Positions 1 through 14,350 are shown, numbered from the stretch's first letter. The stretch is 64,000 nt of DNA from Pristiophorus japonicus (GCF_044704955.1 NC_091977.1:505610001-505674000), one strand, 5' to 3'. Translations and numbers: made by a program. The notes: generated by a model not told the origin, from the sequence alone.

Positions 1-530
1 GCGAGGCACAGAGGTTTAGGCATGGAATTCCAGAGCTTAGGCAACAGAAGGCACGGATTATAAGCCATTATAATCAGGGATGCTCAAGAGGGAAGAATTA
101 GAGGAATGCAGACATCTCGGGGGGTTGTGGGGCTGGAAGAGATTGGGAAGGGGCGAGTCCATGGAGGGATTTGAAAACAAGGATGAGAATTTTGAAATTG
201 AGGCATTGCTAAACGGGAGCCGAAGTAGGTCAGCGAGCACAGGGTGATGGGTGAGCGGTGTGAGTTAGGATACGGGCAACCAAGTTTTATGTTTGTGTAG
301 GGTAGAATGTGGGAGGCCAGCCAGGAGTGCGTTGGAATAGTCAAGTCTAGAGGTATCAAAGACATGGATGAGGGCTTCAGCAGTAGATGAGCTGAGGCAA
401 GGGCGGAGACGAGCGATGTTACAGAGGTGGAAATAAGCGGACTTAGTTATGCTGCGGATTTATGGTCGAAAGATCATTTCAGGGTCAAATATGACACAAG
501 GTTCAGTCTGGTTCAGCCTCGGACAGAAGT
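1..530 (-). mobile_element. L2-clade LINE 3' fragment
   Basis: The minus strand gives degenerate [15 protein letters not shown]...VLADLLRLP...FKILILVFKSLHGLAP, the typical L2 ORF2 C-terminus. Confidence 0.8.
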
Positions 531-597
531 TGGATAAAGAAGCACAGTTGGGTCCAACATCTCCGTCGCAATCTTTTAATAATTTTGTCCACTGAAT

Positions 598-2013
598 GGC
601 CCCAAGTTTCCACACGCGGCGAAAAAGGCGCACCTCAGAGCTGGGCGCCTGTTTTTCGCGCCTAAAACGGCGCTGGAAAAAAAGTGCGGTATTCTCGAGC
701 TCCTTGGAGCTCGATGTCTGCTTGGCGCGGCGCACAGGGGGCAGAGCCTACCACTCGCGTCGATTTTCTAAGTAGGAGGGGGCGGGTACAATTGAAATGA
801 GGCTGCTTGGTGCCGGCAACCCTGCGCGTGCGCGTTGGAGCGTTCGCGCACGCGCAGTCTGAAGTAAACATTGGCACTCGGCCATTTTTAAAAGTGCTGC
901 AGAAAATGTGAAGATTTGTTTCTTGGACCCCTGCAAAGGCTTGTATTTTAATTTTCTTGATATTTCTGTGTGTGAGGGAGTGCTTTTAGCAGCACTGCTG
1001 AATAAATCACCTGCTGATCTTATAGCGTAAATGCTCTCACATTTTTTTGTATCTGATTTAATTTTGCACCTAAAAAGTGATCCTGAAGTTTAAGTGTTCT
1101 TCAGAGTGTAAGATTTTTCACAATGAAACTGTTTTGTAAGTGGTGTTGACAATGCAGCACCCATTCTGCAAATTTAAATATAAAACTGTCTATGTAGTTG
1201 CCTCTCCCTGTCCAAATGGCCTCAGTCCCCCTCACAGCTCGAAGGCTGCTGCTGTATCTTTGGCTGCTGGCCAGCCACTGACACCGCCCCTAAAGCGTGG
1301 CCGAATGGCCTCAAGAACCTTAATGAGCTGCGTGTGTCCTGTGTTCATTCTTCGGCTCCCGGCCAGCCACTGACGCCGCTGCAATCCCATGGTCGAATGA
1401 CCTCAAGTCCGTCCGGGTGCTCCATCTTTGCGGGGAATGAAGGCCTGCCTCAAGCACCGCAGCTCAGCTCGAAGGCTGCTTGCTGCCGCTGCCGTCGAAA
1501 CACTGACACTACACCGCTGCCTGAAAGGCCTGCCTGAAGCACTTTCACACAGGTAGGAACATGGTTTATTTAATCTTTTCTTTGCTTATAAATTTTTATT
1601 CAGGTTGGATTTATTTGTATAATATTTGTATAAGTATAACTAAGGATTGATTGTAGAGTTTAATGACTTCCCTTCCCCCCCCCCTCCCCCCCCCACCTCG
1701 TTCCCTACGCCTAATTTGTAACCTGCGCCTGATTTTTTAAAGTGTAGACAAGGTTTTTTCAAGTGTACAAAAATCTTCACTTGCTCCATTCTAAGTTAGT
1801 TTGGAGTACGTTTTCACTGTGGAAACTTTCAAATCAGGCGTCAGTGGCCGGACACGCCCCCTTTTGAAAAGAAAATTCTGTTCCAAAGTGAAACTGTTCT
1901 GCCTGACTAGAACTGCAGAAAACTAAATGTGGAGAATTCCGATTTCTAAGATACTCCGTTCTACACCAGTTGCTCCTAAAAATCAGGAGCAAATCATGTG
2001 GAAACTTGGGGCC
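598..2013. mobile_element. Non-autonomous PIF/Harbinger-type DNA transposon (1.4 kb)
   Basis: Perfect 17-bp TIR GGCCCCAAGTTTCCACA / TGTGGAAACTTGGGGCC, 3-bp TSD AAT on both sides, no coding capacity, internal short direct repeats at 1235-1485. Confidence 0.9.
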
Positions 2014-2895
2014 AATAAGTGTGGTGGAGGATAAATATGTAACTGTATTATATGACTGTTATTAATTTGCATGTTCACTTTTTGTAGAATAAATTGGCTT
2101 GATATTTCAAACTTAAATTATGGTCTGATTTGATTCTCTACCAATTTTCAAGACAGAAGCGAGGCATAAGATAAGTTAAGTAGCGAAAAGCAATTGCCAG
2201 ATCGGGTTTGCTGCTTGTTTCGTGTGCACGTTACTGAAAACTTACCTAAATCTGAAGGCAAGGACAGATACTTTTGAAGGTATGGGGAGGTAGGACTCAC
2301 CCACAAGAGTGATCTAAGATATGAGAGTCAGAACAATCCAAGGTAAGAAGGCTGGAAAAGAACCCCAAAGTATAACAAGTACCACAGGCAGATCCATTAA
2401 AAATTTATTGATTTGCACTACTCCGTCAAAGGCTGTTGACTTATCTCAGAGCCAACCAAAGCCAAGAAATGACAAGCAAAACTTTGCATGGGGCAACCTA
2501 CAAATCATATCTTTATGTAAATCTAATCACATTACCGTAATTAGCTTTGAGTAGAGTGGAGTGTAATTAAGAACTGAAGTTTGACTGAAGGACAGACCGG
2601 AGATCTCTTCAAACTTCAAACAAGCCTCTTGTCCTTAATTACTCCTTGCTCCTCTCACACAGTTCTGTTCAGATAAACATAGGGACATAGGAATTGCGAG
2701 AGGAAAAAAGACCACAGTCCATATGGTTCACCTTCTACCATCCTGGTAGTCACAAAAACAATTGTGCAACTGTAGTAATGTCTGTTTTCTCAAGAACAAC
2801 AACAACAATTGGATTTATGTAGCACCTTTAACATAGAAAGCACTTCACAGATTTATAGTCAGACAATAGTGTACAGGATCAGGATCCTGCATTAG

Positions 2896-3599
2896 GACCC
2901 GAAGTTCCATAGTGCCCCATTTGGGGGTGGTAACCTCAGCGAGGTGGATCTTCCTGCGGCAGGCACGGAAGTCCCGCCCCAATCATGAAATTGGGGTTAC
3001 TGTCCCCGAGAGGAAGTGGTGCGCAAAATAATGCACCACACTTCCTGTCTGGGGCGCTAATGGGGCGGGAGCAACGTAAGTGGGGCACAGCGCTATGCAC
3101 TGGGCTGCGTAGCGCTGCCGCCTAGGAGGGGCCCTCCCCTTCATTAAAGGGGAGGGCCAAGTTTCAGACTCTGTGTGGCCCTATCTGGCCCACCAGGGAG
3201 CGGGGTGGTATGCCATCAGCCCAGCACTCAAGCAGAGTGCCGGGCTGCCAGATTGCGGCACATGTCCCGAATTCAAGGTGGCAACGAGCCGGTACAACTA
3301 AGTTGACTGGTTCTTTTATTCACGCACACGCCACCTCCCCTTTAACTAGCGCCGACGAGTGGCCGGCAGCCATGTACGCATCGCCCGCACAGCTTCAGGG
3401 GATGATACCAAATTTTTGTTCCAGGGCGAAAGCGGGTTGCTGTGCATGGTGCAGCAGAGCGGGTCGCTACCAGATACCGCCACCGCTCCCAAGTAATTTA
3501 GCGGGAGTCGTTAGTGATGCTGCTCCCGGGAGAAAAGTCGTTTGCACCCTGATAGCGCCCCCACTAATGGGAGGCGCAAATGACCCAAATTTCTCCCCC
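2896..3599. mobile_element. Harbinger-type MITE
   Basis: GC-rich island ending GGGAGGCGCAAATGACCCAAATTTCTCCCCC; a near-identical terminus recurs at 54668-54698. Left TIR is imperfect; possible TAG TSD. Confidence 0.6.
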
Positions 3600-3836
3600 T
3601 AGGTCTTTTAGATTCCTCTGAAAACATGTCTGCAAAGCATGACTCTCCCTGCTCACTTTTTTGAATCCACCATATATTTTCAGAAATTAAGATCGATGAA
3701 GAATATTAAAGGGCTATTTAGCCTTAACTAAACCCATTGTTTAACAGCAAGACCATTTACAGTATGTGTGTACAGCTATTCAACAGGTTGATTCCAGAAA
3801 CTACAATGTACATTGTTCAGTTTGTTGAAAACTACT

Positions 3837-4493
3837 GGTAAGACTATCATCTTCATTTTCGGTGGTTTTCTTGGCAGTACAGCTGTTTTTTTGGTGAAAA
3901 ACCGCCTGGTGAAAATTTCCTCTTTTTTTTAATGAGTTCCGCCAACATTTTGAAAATACCGCTGTGGAGCAAACCGCCCATGTGCAGTTGCGTGCAGCGC
4001 CGAGAAAACAGCCACAATCTAAGATTTGCCTCAACGGGGTCCCACCGAGGAAACCGCCCACGAAAAGCTGCCGGAAACAGGGCAGTAGGTGAGTACCCAG
4101 CAAAGAAAGGTAAGTTAAAGGTTTCTTATAATTATTTAAAAAATTTTATAATGGCGATTACATTAAAAAGTGTCTTGAGAATGTTTTATAACTTTTTATT
4201 TTCTGTTTAACTGAAAAATTATTTTTTTGAGTTTTCCCCCTGCCCAACTGCAGCCTCGGACTAAATTTTAAGTACATAACATCCATTCTGGTAAGAACTG
4301 TCCATTTTATCGAGTTTCGCCTTTAACTGCCAAGAAACCTGCTGAGAATCTTAGTGTAAGATCCATTTTCTCGCCGGGCAGTAATTTTTAACAATTGTTT
4401 TCATGGAAATTTTCACCAGCGTTATTTGCAGAACCTTAGCAGTCTTTCTGGACGGCAATCGGGCACTGGGGGTCTTTAGGGAAAGTCTAGCCC
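3837..4493. mobile_element. Harbinger-type MITE, inverted relative of 30206-30827
   Basis: Right TIR GAAAGTCTAGCCC, degenerate left TIR, ACT on both sides. The internal sequence is reverse-complement similar to 30206-30827. Confidence 0.75.
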
Positions 4494-5567
4494 ACTAGCT
4501 TCTGCTTTAGATGTGCATAGGCTCTATTGCGTTGTGTAAAGTTTTATTGGTCACTTTTAGTATCTTTTGTGCTCCGCAGGGTCCTTTCTACAAGTGGTAT
4601 AAAATTGCCCATGGTCCTTCAGTTCATTTGAAGAGACCAAGGTGCCAAATTTTAATTCTCCAAATATTCACTGTTATTTTTGCAATCACGGTTTAAAAAA
4701 AATAGAAATAATGTGGTATTTCTAAAAAAAATGTGCAGCTTCACATAGATGACTGTGTAGCACACTTTAATCTTTAGGGTAAATTCAGTGATTCTGCACT
4801 CCCAGTGGAAGCAACACACAAACAGAGCTGGGGTTAGAGATAGGGTCCAACATTGTAGCACCAATTCTCTCACTGACACTTCCATCAAGCACAGCTCATT
4901 GTTGGGAATGCAGAAATGTTGAATTCATTCGTCTTGAAATTAAATTATGCCTATCTTGAGGATGAAAAATTGTGCTTAAAAATCTTTAATCTCAGTAACT
5001 GTGGCTGCGCATTACATGACTACAATCTCCTAATCTTTAAAATCCAGAATGGTTTGATAAAACATGACAATGTTTCTTCAGATCATAGTTAATTGACCAG
5101 TTTACTGTTAAGTTTAAATCCCCTTTCAGGCCACTTGACACTCTGCTGTGCAGTTTACTGAAACTAACCCTTTATGGCAACCTCTTGGCATTAGTAGTGA
5201 CCTGAAACATTGATATTATTAAACACTAGTCCATCTTGCTTAAATATCTATCTAAGTGCAAATGAATGGCAGCAGAATTTTCAAGTAATAATTAAGATGC
5301 TGAATACAGAAAACAGACATTATCATTGGCTTTTTCAGTTCCGAGTCTGTGGTATAATTATAATGGTTATATCTGCCTGATTCACGTGTGTAAGTGCTAA
5401 CCTTTTAAGAGCAAATGTAATAGTTAACCGAGTTTTTCATTTTTTCCACTTAGAAAAGTCTCTTCCAAGTGGCATATCTAAGAAATCTGCTAAGTAGAAA
5501 ATTCTTGGATGGGTAGCAGTGCATTGCAGGAAAGCAATCCAATCAATGGGTTTCAACAGTGTTCAAC

Positions 5568-6075
5568 AGGCAGTTCAGAGAAGGTTCACTAGGTTGATTC
5601 CGGAGATGAGGGGGTTGACTTATGAGGAAAGGTTGAGTAGGTTGGGCCTCTACTCAGTGGAATTCAGAAGAATGAGAGGTGATCTTATTGAAACGTATAA
5701 GATTATGAGCGGGCTTGACAAGGTGGCTGCAGAGAGGATGTTTCCACTGATAGGGGAGACTAGAACTAGGGGGCATAATCTTAGAATAAAGGGCCACCCA
5801 TTTAAAACTGAGATGAGGAGGAATTTCTTCTCTCAGAGGGTTGTAAATCTGTGGAATTCGCTGCCTCAGAGAGCTGTGGAAGCTGGGTCATTGAATAAAT
5901 TTAAGACAGAGATAGACAGTTTGTTAACCGATAAGGGAATAAGGGGTTATGGGGAGCGGGCAGGGAAGTGGACCTGAGTCCATGATCGGATCAGCCATGA
6001 TTGTATTAAATGGCGGAGCAGTCTCGAGGTGCCATGTGGTCTACTCTTGCTCCTATTTCTTATGTTCTTATGTAA
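5568..6075 (+). mobile_element. CR1-clade LINE 3' end
   Basis: VQRRFTRLIPEMRGLTYEERLSRLGLYS...TRGH..RIKG...RRNFFSQRVVNLWNSLP, followed by 3' UTR and a short tandem tail. Confidence 0.93.
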
Positions 6076-6232
6076 ACCACAAGGATGAGGCTTGAATAAT
6101 TTGTTAGTGATCTGAATCATAAGACTGAAACACTGTGTTACCTTGCTGTCCATTGATGTCGTTATATTATATGGCTTTTTTCAAAATCAAACTGCAGCTA
6201 TCCTGTCAGCAGTGCTGTTCATTTGAAACTCA

Positions 6233-7191
6233 GGGGCTAAATCGGATAGAACCCGAAAATGAACACGGGAATTCTCTTTGAATAAAGAACCTCAGTGACC
6301 TCCCTTATGCAACAGTGCACTGCACACTGCTGCTAATATCTCCAGCACCAGCCTGGAAGGAGCCAGATGCATAAAAGTTCACCGCTGTGGTCACCTTCAC
6401 AGCCACAGGCAATGCGGTCCTAGACATGCTCTGAGGTTGGAGTTGTGGCTGCAGCAGTTGGCAGATTTTGGTGACAGCCTCCTCACTGAAATGCAAACAT
6501 CTCAAACCTTGGTTGTCGCTGAAGTTCAGGTAGGAGAATTTTGATCCGAGGTGGATATGGCCTCCTGCTGAGAGCCCTTCTTCCCACCTCACCACCCCCC
6601 ACTCCCCGTCCTCCTAGCAGCTTGTCCTGCTCTGCCTGGTCTCTGCTTATTCTCTCAGTCATGCTTGATTCCAAGAGCAAAACCCCAATAGTGCATCCAT
6701 GTTTGGGAGCAACTGGTATGTGCAGAAGCTTTGAAGTCAGCAAAAAATACTGCAGTACCGGCCACACCACTCCCTGTACACTTTTGAAACTTTAGATAAC
6801 TGTGGAAAACAATAAAAACTTATAGTATTGTAGCAACAGTCAGAAGAAATCATCCAGCAACTAACCTGTAAGTAGTTGATGATCCCTTTAAACAGAGCTG
6901 GTGGCGGGTCCTTCATGTTGCTTAACACGTGTTCAGCTGTGCAAAGTTAAGAGACGGCGTCGGCTGGAACGTGGTGCTCATAAATAGCTACACTGATGTC
7001 AAATTAGCATTGCACGCTGATGGACATCATGATCTGCCTGTTCTGCATACTTCTGGCAAACATTAAGTGCGTGGTAACCCTTTTACCAAGATGGCGTCTA
7101 GCGCGCTTCACATCCTGTGGATACCAATTTGGAACCCTAAGGACACTCTTAGCACCCAAAAATAGGTGGTACTGAGCCAATTTCGCCCCCC
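6233..7191 (-). mobile_element. Internally deleted Harbinger transposon with HARBI1-like N-terminal remnant
   Basis: TIRs GGGGCTAAAT / ATTTCGCCCC, TSD TCA. Minus-strand ALPVAVKVTTAVNFYASGSFQAGAGD is the Harbinger transposase N-terminal motif. Confidence 0.85.
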
Positions 7192-7204
7192 TCATATTCT
7201 TGAT

Positions 7205-7790
7205 CAGCATCTTGCATTTATATAGTGCATTTAAAGACGCAAATGTCCCAAGCCACTTAATAGGAATATTATTAAGAAAAAATCTTGACACCAAGTCACA
7301 GATGGAGATATTAGGACAGATGACCAAAAGCTTGGTCAAAGATGTAGGGTTTTAGGAGCATCTTAAAGTAGGAAATAGAGGCAGAGAAACTGAGAGGTTT
7401 AGGAAGGGAATCCAAGAACTTGGGGCCAAGACAGCTGAAAACATGGCCGCCAATTGTGCAATGATTAAAATCGGTGATTGCAAGCTGCCAGAATTGGAGG
7501 AGCGTAGAGACCTCAAAGGCTTATAGGGCTGGAGGAGGTTACAGAGATAAGGACAGGAGAGGCCATGGAGGGATTTGAAAACAAGGATGAGATTTTTTTT
7601 TAAATAGAGGCGTTGTCGGACCGGGAGCCAGTGCAAGTCAGCAAGCACAGAGGCGATGGGTGACGGGACTTGGTGCGAGTTAAGTAAAAGTTATGGATGA
7701 GCACTAGTTTGTGTAGGATGGAAGATGGGAGGTCGGCCAGGAGAGCATTGGAATAGTCAAGTCTAGAGGTAACAAAGGCATGAATGTAGC
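7205..7790 (-). mobile_element. L2-clade LINE 3' fragment
   Basis: [20 protein letters not shown]...LADLHWLPVRQR...LVFKSLHGL, plus an L2-type tail. Confidence 0.85.
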
Positions 7791-8819
7791 GCAAAACCAA
7801 ATATCAGATTCATATATGTACGTCAATGAGCCAAGAGCAACTCAAAGGAGGTGTAAAGAATTACAGTTTTGTGCAGTTCCCTGCTCAAAAGGTAAAATTG
7901 AATGCTGTGAGATTCGCAGCTTGTGAGGCTCTTCATCACACAGCAGCACAACTCTCTCAGTTCAGGATCTCATTCAAACCCTTGATTAGATCATTATCTT
8001 ATAATTTATCAGGAGCTATGCTGTGCCCTCTGCATTATAAGGTGTAACTTATGTAACTCCCAAGCTCACAGATAATGCCCAAAAGTAACCCCATTTTAGA
8101 TTGAGACTGAAAATATATTTCTGCCTATAGTAATTGGAAATATGTTACCATTTCTTTTTGCAAGGATTCTGGTGTAATGACACCTAAATCAACGGTACTC
8201 ATTCTATTCTGCTTGCGTACATTAAACATTCTGTTAATGTTCACTGTGTCTGTCTGTGTCTGATCTTCCATTCTGTTTCAAGTATAACATCTAGAAGGTC
8301 TCCATGAAAATCACTTTGAAAGCCATGCTCAAATGCTCATGTCAAAAAATGGACAGAAACAAAATTCCACAACCCAAAACTTCACATAAATTCTGGATAA
8401 ACAACACAAATAGTACTCTGTATTTATGCTGCTCTCAGCTCAAATATCACCAGTGTTATATTTATCTCAAAAAGTAACAAAGCCATAATTGTGCCAGCAC
8501 AGGCACGATGGGCGAAATGGCCTCGTCCATTGTACTGTATCATTCTATGATTCTAATGGATAGGAACTGAAAACAACTTTGGCATGTATTTGCAATCCAG
8601 TCATATCAGAAGAGCAGGACTGAGATTCAACACTCTCATTGAAACAACGAATTATATTTATATAGCGCCTTTAATGTAATAATATGCCATGAGATGGATT
8701 AAATTGGAAATAGAAATATAACTTGTTAAATGTAATAATTTATGAATATAAATTGTACTGATATTAGGGTTAGTCAGTTTGGCAGCGCAACATGAGCAGA
8801 GCTTTTTGTGCCCGTGGTC

Positions 8820-9780
8820 CTTACTGCATTGTCACAGTATTGGATGAGCAGAAATTTCCTTCAATTAAATAATATGAAGACCAAAGCCATTATCTTCAGC
8901 CCCTGCCACAAACTCCAATCCTTTCGCCTGCCTGCTCAGAGGCTGAACCAGACAGCCTCGGTGTCCCATCAGACCCTGACCGATCCTCTTCATCACCAAG
9001 CTTGTCTAATTCCACCACCGTATTTTCACCCATCTCCATCCCTGCCTCAGCCCATCTGCTGCTTTAATTACCTCCAGACTCGCCTATCTCAATGCACTCC
9101 TGGCCCCCCATCTTCCACACTCAGTAAACTTCAGATCATCAAAAACTCTGTTGCCTGTATCCTAACTCAAACCAAGTACCAATCGCCCATCACCAATGTT
9201 CCCTTTAATTTTGTGGGGGGTGCATGACCTTTTAAGGGGCTGCGCAGGCCCAATCAAAATACTGCACATGTGCGTTTATTTCCATGTAAAAGCCGGTGAG
9301 CCAGCTGCACGGGAGCTCTAGAGCACTGTGCGACTGCTCAGCTTAAAGGAGACATTGCCCTTAATCCCTGTGCTCGCTGACCTACATTAGCTCTCGGTCC
9401 AGCAATGCCTCAAATTTAAAATGATCATCCTTGTATTCAAATTGCTCCATGGCCTCTCCCTTCCCTATTTTTGTTTCCTTCAGAGCTATAATCCTCCGAG
9501 AACGCTGCAATTCTCATCTTGTGTGCATTCCCAATTTCCTTCGTTTCACTATTGGCAGCTGTGCCTTCAGTTATCTAAGCCCAAAACTCTGGAATTCCTC
9601 CCTAAACCTCCTCCTCTCTGTCTCGTGTTTTAAGATGCTCCTTAAAACCTACCTCTTTGACCAAGCTTTTGGATACCTCCTTATGTGGCTCGTTATTAAA
9701 TTATTTCTGTTAACAGTGCTGTGAAGCACCTTGATAGATTTTGGAATGTTAAATGTGCGTCTATAAATCCAAGATGTTGT
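8820..9780 (+). mobile_element. L2-clade LINE 3' fragment interrupted by a MITE
   Basis: WMSRNFLQLN...KTKAI, LVFKLLHGL and LLKTYLFDQAF motifs. Confidence 0.8.
9194..9357. mobile_element. Small hAT-like MITE nested in L2
   Basis: TIR CAATGTTCCCTTTAA / TTAAAGGAGACATTG; degenerate 8-bp TSD CCCATCAC/CCCTTAAT. Confidence 0.65.
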
Positions 9781-10554
9781 GTTTATACCTTGCACCATCC
9801 TTGCTTGGCTATGGAGAACTTTCTTTTTAAAATCAAAAGAAAATAGCAGTATCATTTTTGAATGTATTAGCAAACCATAGCTTCCTATGGCAATTTGCTA
9901 CAGACTGTTAGCAGTGCAAAATATTTCTCCAAATTCAATACTCTGGTTAATGGACTAAAGGATTAGTAATATGGTAATTGAAAGGAATGGAGGAATGTTT
10001 CAAAGTAGAAGGGTTGGCTGACATGGACTGCCTTGAGATTTCAGTATTCATGCACAATCCTCATGTCACAATGAACTTCCACAGAAAAGAATAAGCGAGA
10101 CAGAACTGTGTCAGCTATAAACAATATGGATAGCATAATGACCGGCCAGGAGAATATAATCAGCTGTTATAATTCAGAATTGGCAATATTGTTGAAAGCT
10201 ACCAAGGCTACTTAATACAAGCGAGATTACAAAGGCTCAACAGTTGGTTGTCAGGTGAGCATAGAATCTCAAGGACTTTTATTTCCTAGAATAATTTGCA
10301 GTTCATCTGTGATAATTAAATTCACTTTAACGTGTAAATAATTATGTTGCTTTTCAATGATGTTTAAACCTACAGCTTTTCAATTTTGCAGCAGGTGTCA
10401 AATAACAAGTTCCAACAATAATATTTTTAGCACACTCATTTTAACATCCCACATTTTTTTTAAAGCAACAGTGAATAATACTTAAATTCAACAAATTAGA
10501 AAGGTAATTTGTTACAAACATTTGCCTCTGACCTTTAGCTCAGTAACGGGTTAG

Positions 10555-10930
10555 ATAGGGCAGTGATTATGTTACTGGACTAGTAATCCAGAGGCCGAAC
10601 TGATAACCAAGGGAACGCAAATTCAAATCCCACCACGACAATTTGAGAATTTGAATTTGGTTTAAAAAAATATATAACAAAAAGCTGGTATATTAGTAAA
10701 TATGACCATGAAGCTGTCACATTCTCATAAAAACCCAACTGATTCACTAATGTCCGTCAGGGAAGGAAATCTGCTGTCTTTCCCCGGTCTGGCCTATATG
10801 TGACTCCAGTCCCACACTAACGTGGATGACTCTGCCCTCTGAAGTATCATAGCAATTCACTCAGTTGTATCCAGGACAACTCAGTTTGGGCAAAAAATAT
10901 CGGTCTTGCCAGCCATGCCCACATCCCAAA
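10555..10930 (+). mobile_element. tRNA-derived SINE (shark-type)
   Basis: B-box-like TTCAAATCCC in the head; a related copy lies in reverse orientation at 17110-17445. Confidence 0.7.
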
Positions 10931-11749
10931 TTTTAAAAAAACGAATTAACAAAAGAATGAATTGTCAGGAGGCCTGATAGACCTGGCTGCACTACAAAAG
11001 CATTATGGGCCCTTGTGGCACAAACCAATGTTTGAACTAAAGAAGACCGATGTTCGATTCATGGCAATCCTACATTGAACAGTTGGCTGGGAGGTGCATG
11101 ATAACTGAATGGGTTGACTCAACTTTTGACTCTCCTGCTCCTTTTTCCAAACTCATGGTTCAGAAATTGGTAGAGAAGAAGCCACCTTCTACTGCGCCAT
11201 GAAAGTGCATCAGTGCAATATTATGATGCAGCACCAGATCACTCTCACATAAAACTTTTGTTTAAGAGAAGGCTCGATAATAGTAAGTAGTAAAAGACCA
11301 TTTTAACTCCCTTGACCAGGCTGAAATGGGTCAGTAGCAGAGTTAAAATCGAGGTGGTCGACTCACTGGCCTGTTTCTGCCCTGCTGGAACTCAAGCCCA
11401 GGCCTCCGCCTGAATCAAGTGGCAGCCTCGTTAATTTATACAAATCAGAGTTCTCTAATGTACTGCAGACCCCAATACAATTTAGAGGGCCAAATGGAGA
11501 GAACATGCATCATGCACGCTCCGCTCAGTAAAACCTGATGGGCAAGAGAAAGTGACCCCAGAAGGGCAAGTCTAAAATTATTTGTGGGGCTGTAAGGAGC
11601 AGAAATGCTCCTCTGGGTTCCACAAGAATAATGCGTGCCACCGCTGCCCCAGGCATCCACCCTCCATGCCACCCTCCCAAGCATGATCATTCCCCCGCCC
11701 CCCGAGACCTAATTGTTTGTTGACCGGATCAGTGTCTGGGCCACCTGAT

Positions 11750-12380
11750 ACTCTGCTGACTCTTTAAAATTATGAACTGGTCCGATGGAGCAGACGTAGA
11801 GATGTTTCCACCTGTGGGGAAAGTCCAAAATTAGGGGCCATAAATAGAAGATTGTAACTAATAAATCCAATAAGGAATTCAGGAGAAGCTTCTTTACCCA
11901 GAGAGTGATTAGAACGTGGAACTTGCTACCCCATGGAATAATTGAGGCGAACATAGATGGATTTAAGGGCAAGCTGGATAAGCACACAAGGGAGAAAGGA
12001 ATGGAAGGATATGGTGATAGGCTTAGATGAAGCAGGGAGGGAGGAGGCTTGTGTGGAGGATAAACAATGGCATAGACCATGGATCGAATGGAAAGCTTCG
12101 ATGCTGTAAATACTTTGTAATTCTATTCCATGAGCCTGAGACTAGCATACAATCTACAGCAACCAAAAATACAGAATCCTACAGCTGGGATGCCCAAATT
12201 GTGAAAATCCACTTGATTAACATAAACGTAATACTATATAAAACCTCAGCAAGAGCACAGAGTGCGCAGTTTTGGGCTCCACATTATAGAAAGTATGTTG
12301 AGGCAAGGCACATTAAAGCACAGTTTCAATAAGCTGCCTGGTATGAGGGAATACAAATATGAAGAAAGACTCAAAATAAT
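11750..12380 (+). mobile_element. Degenerate CR1 LINE fragments
   Basis: RGHK...FRRSFFTQRVIRTWNLLP and QFWAPHYRK remnants. Confidence 0.75.
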
Positions 12381-13789
12381 GAGGCACTCGCCTGACATCG
12401 CCTCCCAACAGGTCACTCGAAGGCATTCAGGAGTTGGAACCCTGGCCAATTCTCCCCACCCTTTAGCCCAGTGGTGTTCTAAACTATCACTATCAATTCA
12501 ACTGAGAGCAGAGCAAATAGCTCTGCACTGGGACAAGACTCCAACTATTTATTTGATTCATCTATTTGGAGTAGCAGCTGCAGCACCACTCTCTGGGGTG
12601 CAATGGTGTTAAGAGGGTGAGAGCAGAATCAGCAGCCCGTTTTACATCTCTCCTGGTTTTTATGTCCATTGAAGTCAGAAAATATAATTAATAATTAACT
12701 GTGGAAATTAAAAAGTAAGCATTGATGGTCACACAACAAGTGCAGCTCTGAGAGCACCTGCTGAATCTTTGCTTGTTTCTATCATTCAGATAAGCCCTTC
12801 ATGCAGAGACAATTCAATAAACATCCCAACGAAATTGTAAAATCATTACCAGCATAATTAAAAAAAGCAGAAATCAAATAAAACTTTACAACCGAGATGT
12901 AATATTAAACAAGTGTCACCAATGGGGTGCAGTTTATGCCTTTTACAATTGGCTCTGCCAATTTTAAGTCAGTTTCAGAAATTCAATATCAAAGTGTCTG
13001 CTAATCACTGCATTGTTGGTGGGGACAGGAGAACTATGAATTTAACACAGTAAATACAAAGAACATTGGAACTACAGAAGCCACAGTTAATAACAGGTTT
13101 TGGCAAGAGTACATCAATGCATAGACCATATAACTGAACCAGACCAGAGCTAGATATTATCTTTGAGGCCTCAAAACGCTTAAAGATGGAAAATAAAATC
13201 GGATTCCTCTTGTTTTTTTAAATTCAGAATGAGTTGGTTTATTCGCAAAGGTTTAACAATCACACTACACATTACCAGTTCAACTATTTTAGTTGTGCAC
13301 TTTAAAGAAATGCCACCTGCAAGGGAGTTCACACTCCAAAATAATTTATTTTCCAGTGCCCTTTTTTTTGGGTGGGGGGCGGGGGACGGTTTTAGGGCAC
13401 TAAAAACAGAAATTATACACGTTCCTCCTGGCTAAAAGGGAGGGGGGTCATTAAAACTGGCAAATTAAACAAATTAAACTTTAAACTTAAATGATCAAAT
13501 TAAAATTTGGTTGGATTTCTCTTGTTTTATTGAATTTAAAATGTGGCTGCATCTTTGATTGAGATGCTGCTGCATCCCATTAGAAAGTAATGGTGATTGC
13601 CAAGTTTAGTAGGGTGATTTGAGTGATTTCAGGAGGTGAGGTCAACAGGTCGGAGATATGATCAGCAAAAGGAGGAGGGATGGACTCATTACATTGTTAA
13701 CAAAGCTGTTGGAAGTGGAAGAGACATTTTATTGGTTTGATACATGATATATAGCCGATGGTAAAGATTAAGTGATACTTTGTTGTAGT

Positions 13790-14350
13790 AGGCACCTTAT
13801 ATGCTATATGCTACTGTTCTCCCAGGCCGCCTGCATTTTCTGCTGCCTGCAGGAGTCCATGTTTCATGTTTTTATGGTGCATGAGGTTGCAGCCCCTCTT
13901 CCATTATTTGAAGGGGCTGCTCCTCGATTTCTGGCTGCACTTCAGTCCCACGCACCTGATCTTTGGGCACCCGGTGCGGGGGTTGGGGGGGCGGGGCGGT
14001 GTGGGCAGGTCAGAGGGCCTCCTCGTAGGACTGCTCCCGGGCTTGACCAAGTTGGCCATTAACAGGTCCAGGCAGTGGGCGGTCGAGGGGATCGTTCGGC
14101 CCGACTGACTGCCTCTCTTCTGCGGCTACGTTCGCGCCCGAGTGTCCTTGGAGACAGAGCACGCGGTGTCTACTGGTACGCTCGAGGCTTCCGCAACCAA
14201 TGGGCATGGGAGGGACTGGAGTGCATCATTACAATAGGGAACAACATTTTTATGTGATTTGTTAAGGTTCCCTTTAAGGGTTTTTTTTGTTAATTTGTGG
14301 GTTCTGGTGATTGTGTCCCCTTTAGCAAGGTCAATTGTATATATTTTTTT
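13790..14350 (+). mobile_element. Tx1-clade LINE 3' fragment
   Basis: Zinc-knuckle-like ACIFC..QESMFHVF followed by LQPLFHYLKGLLLDFWLHFSPT..IFGHPV, then a T-rich 3' UTR. Confidence 0.75.
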
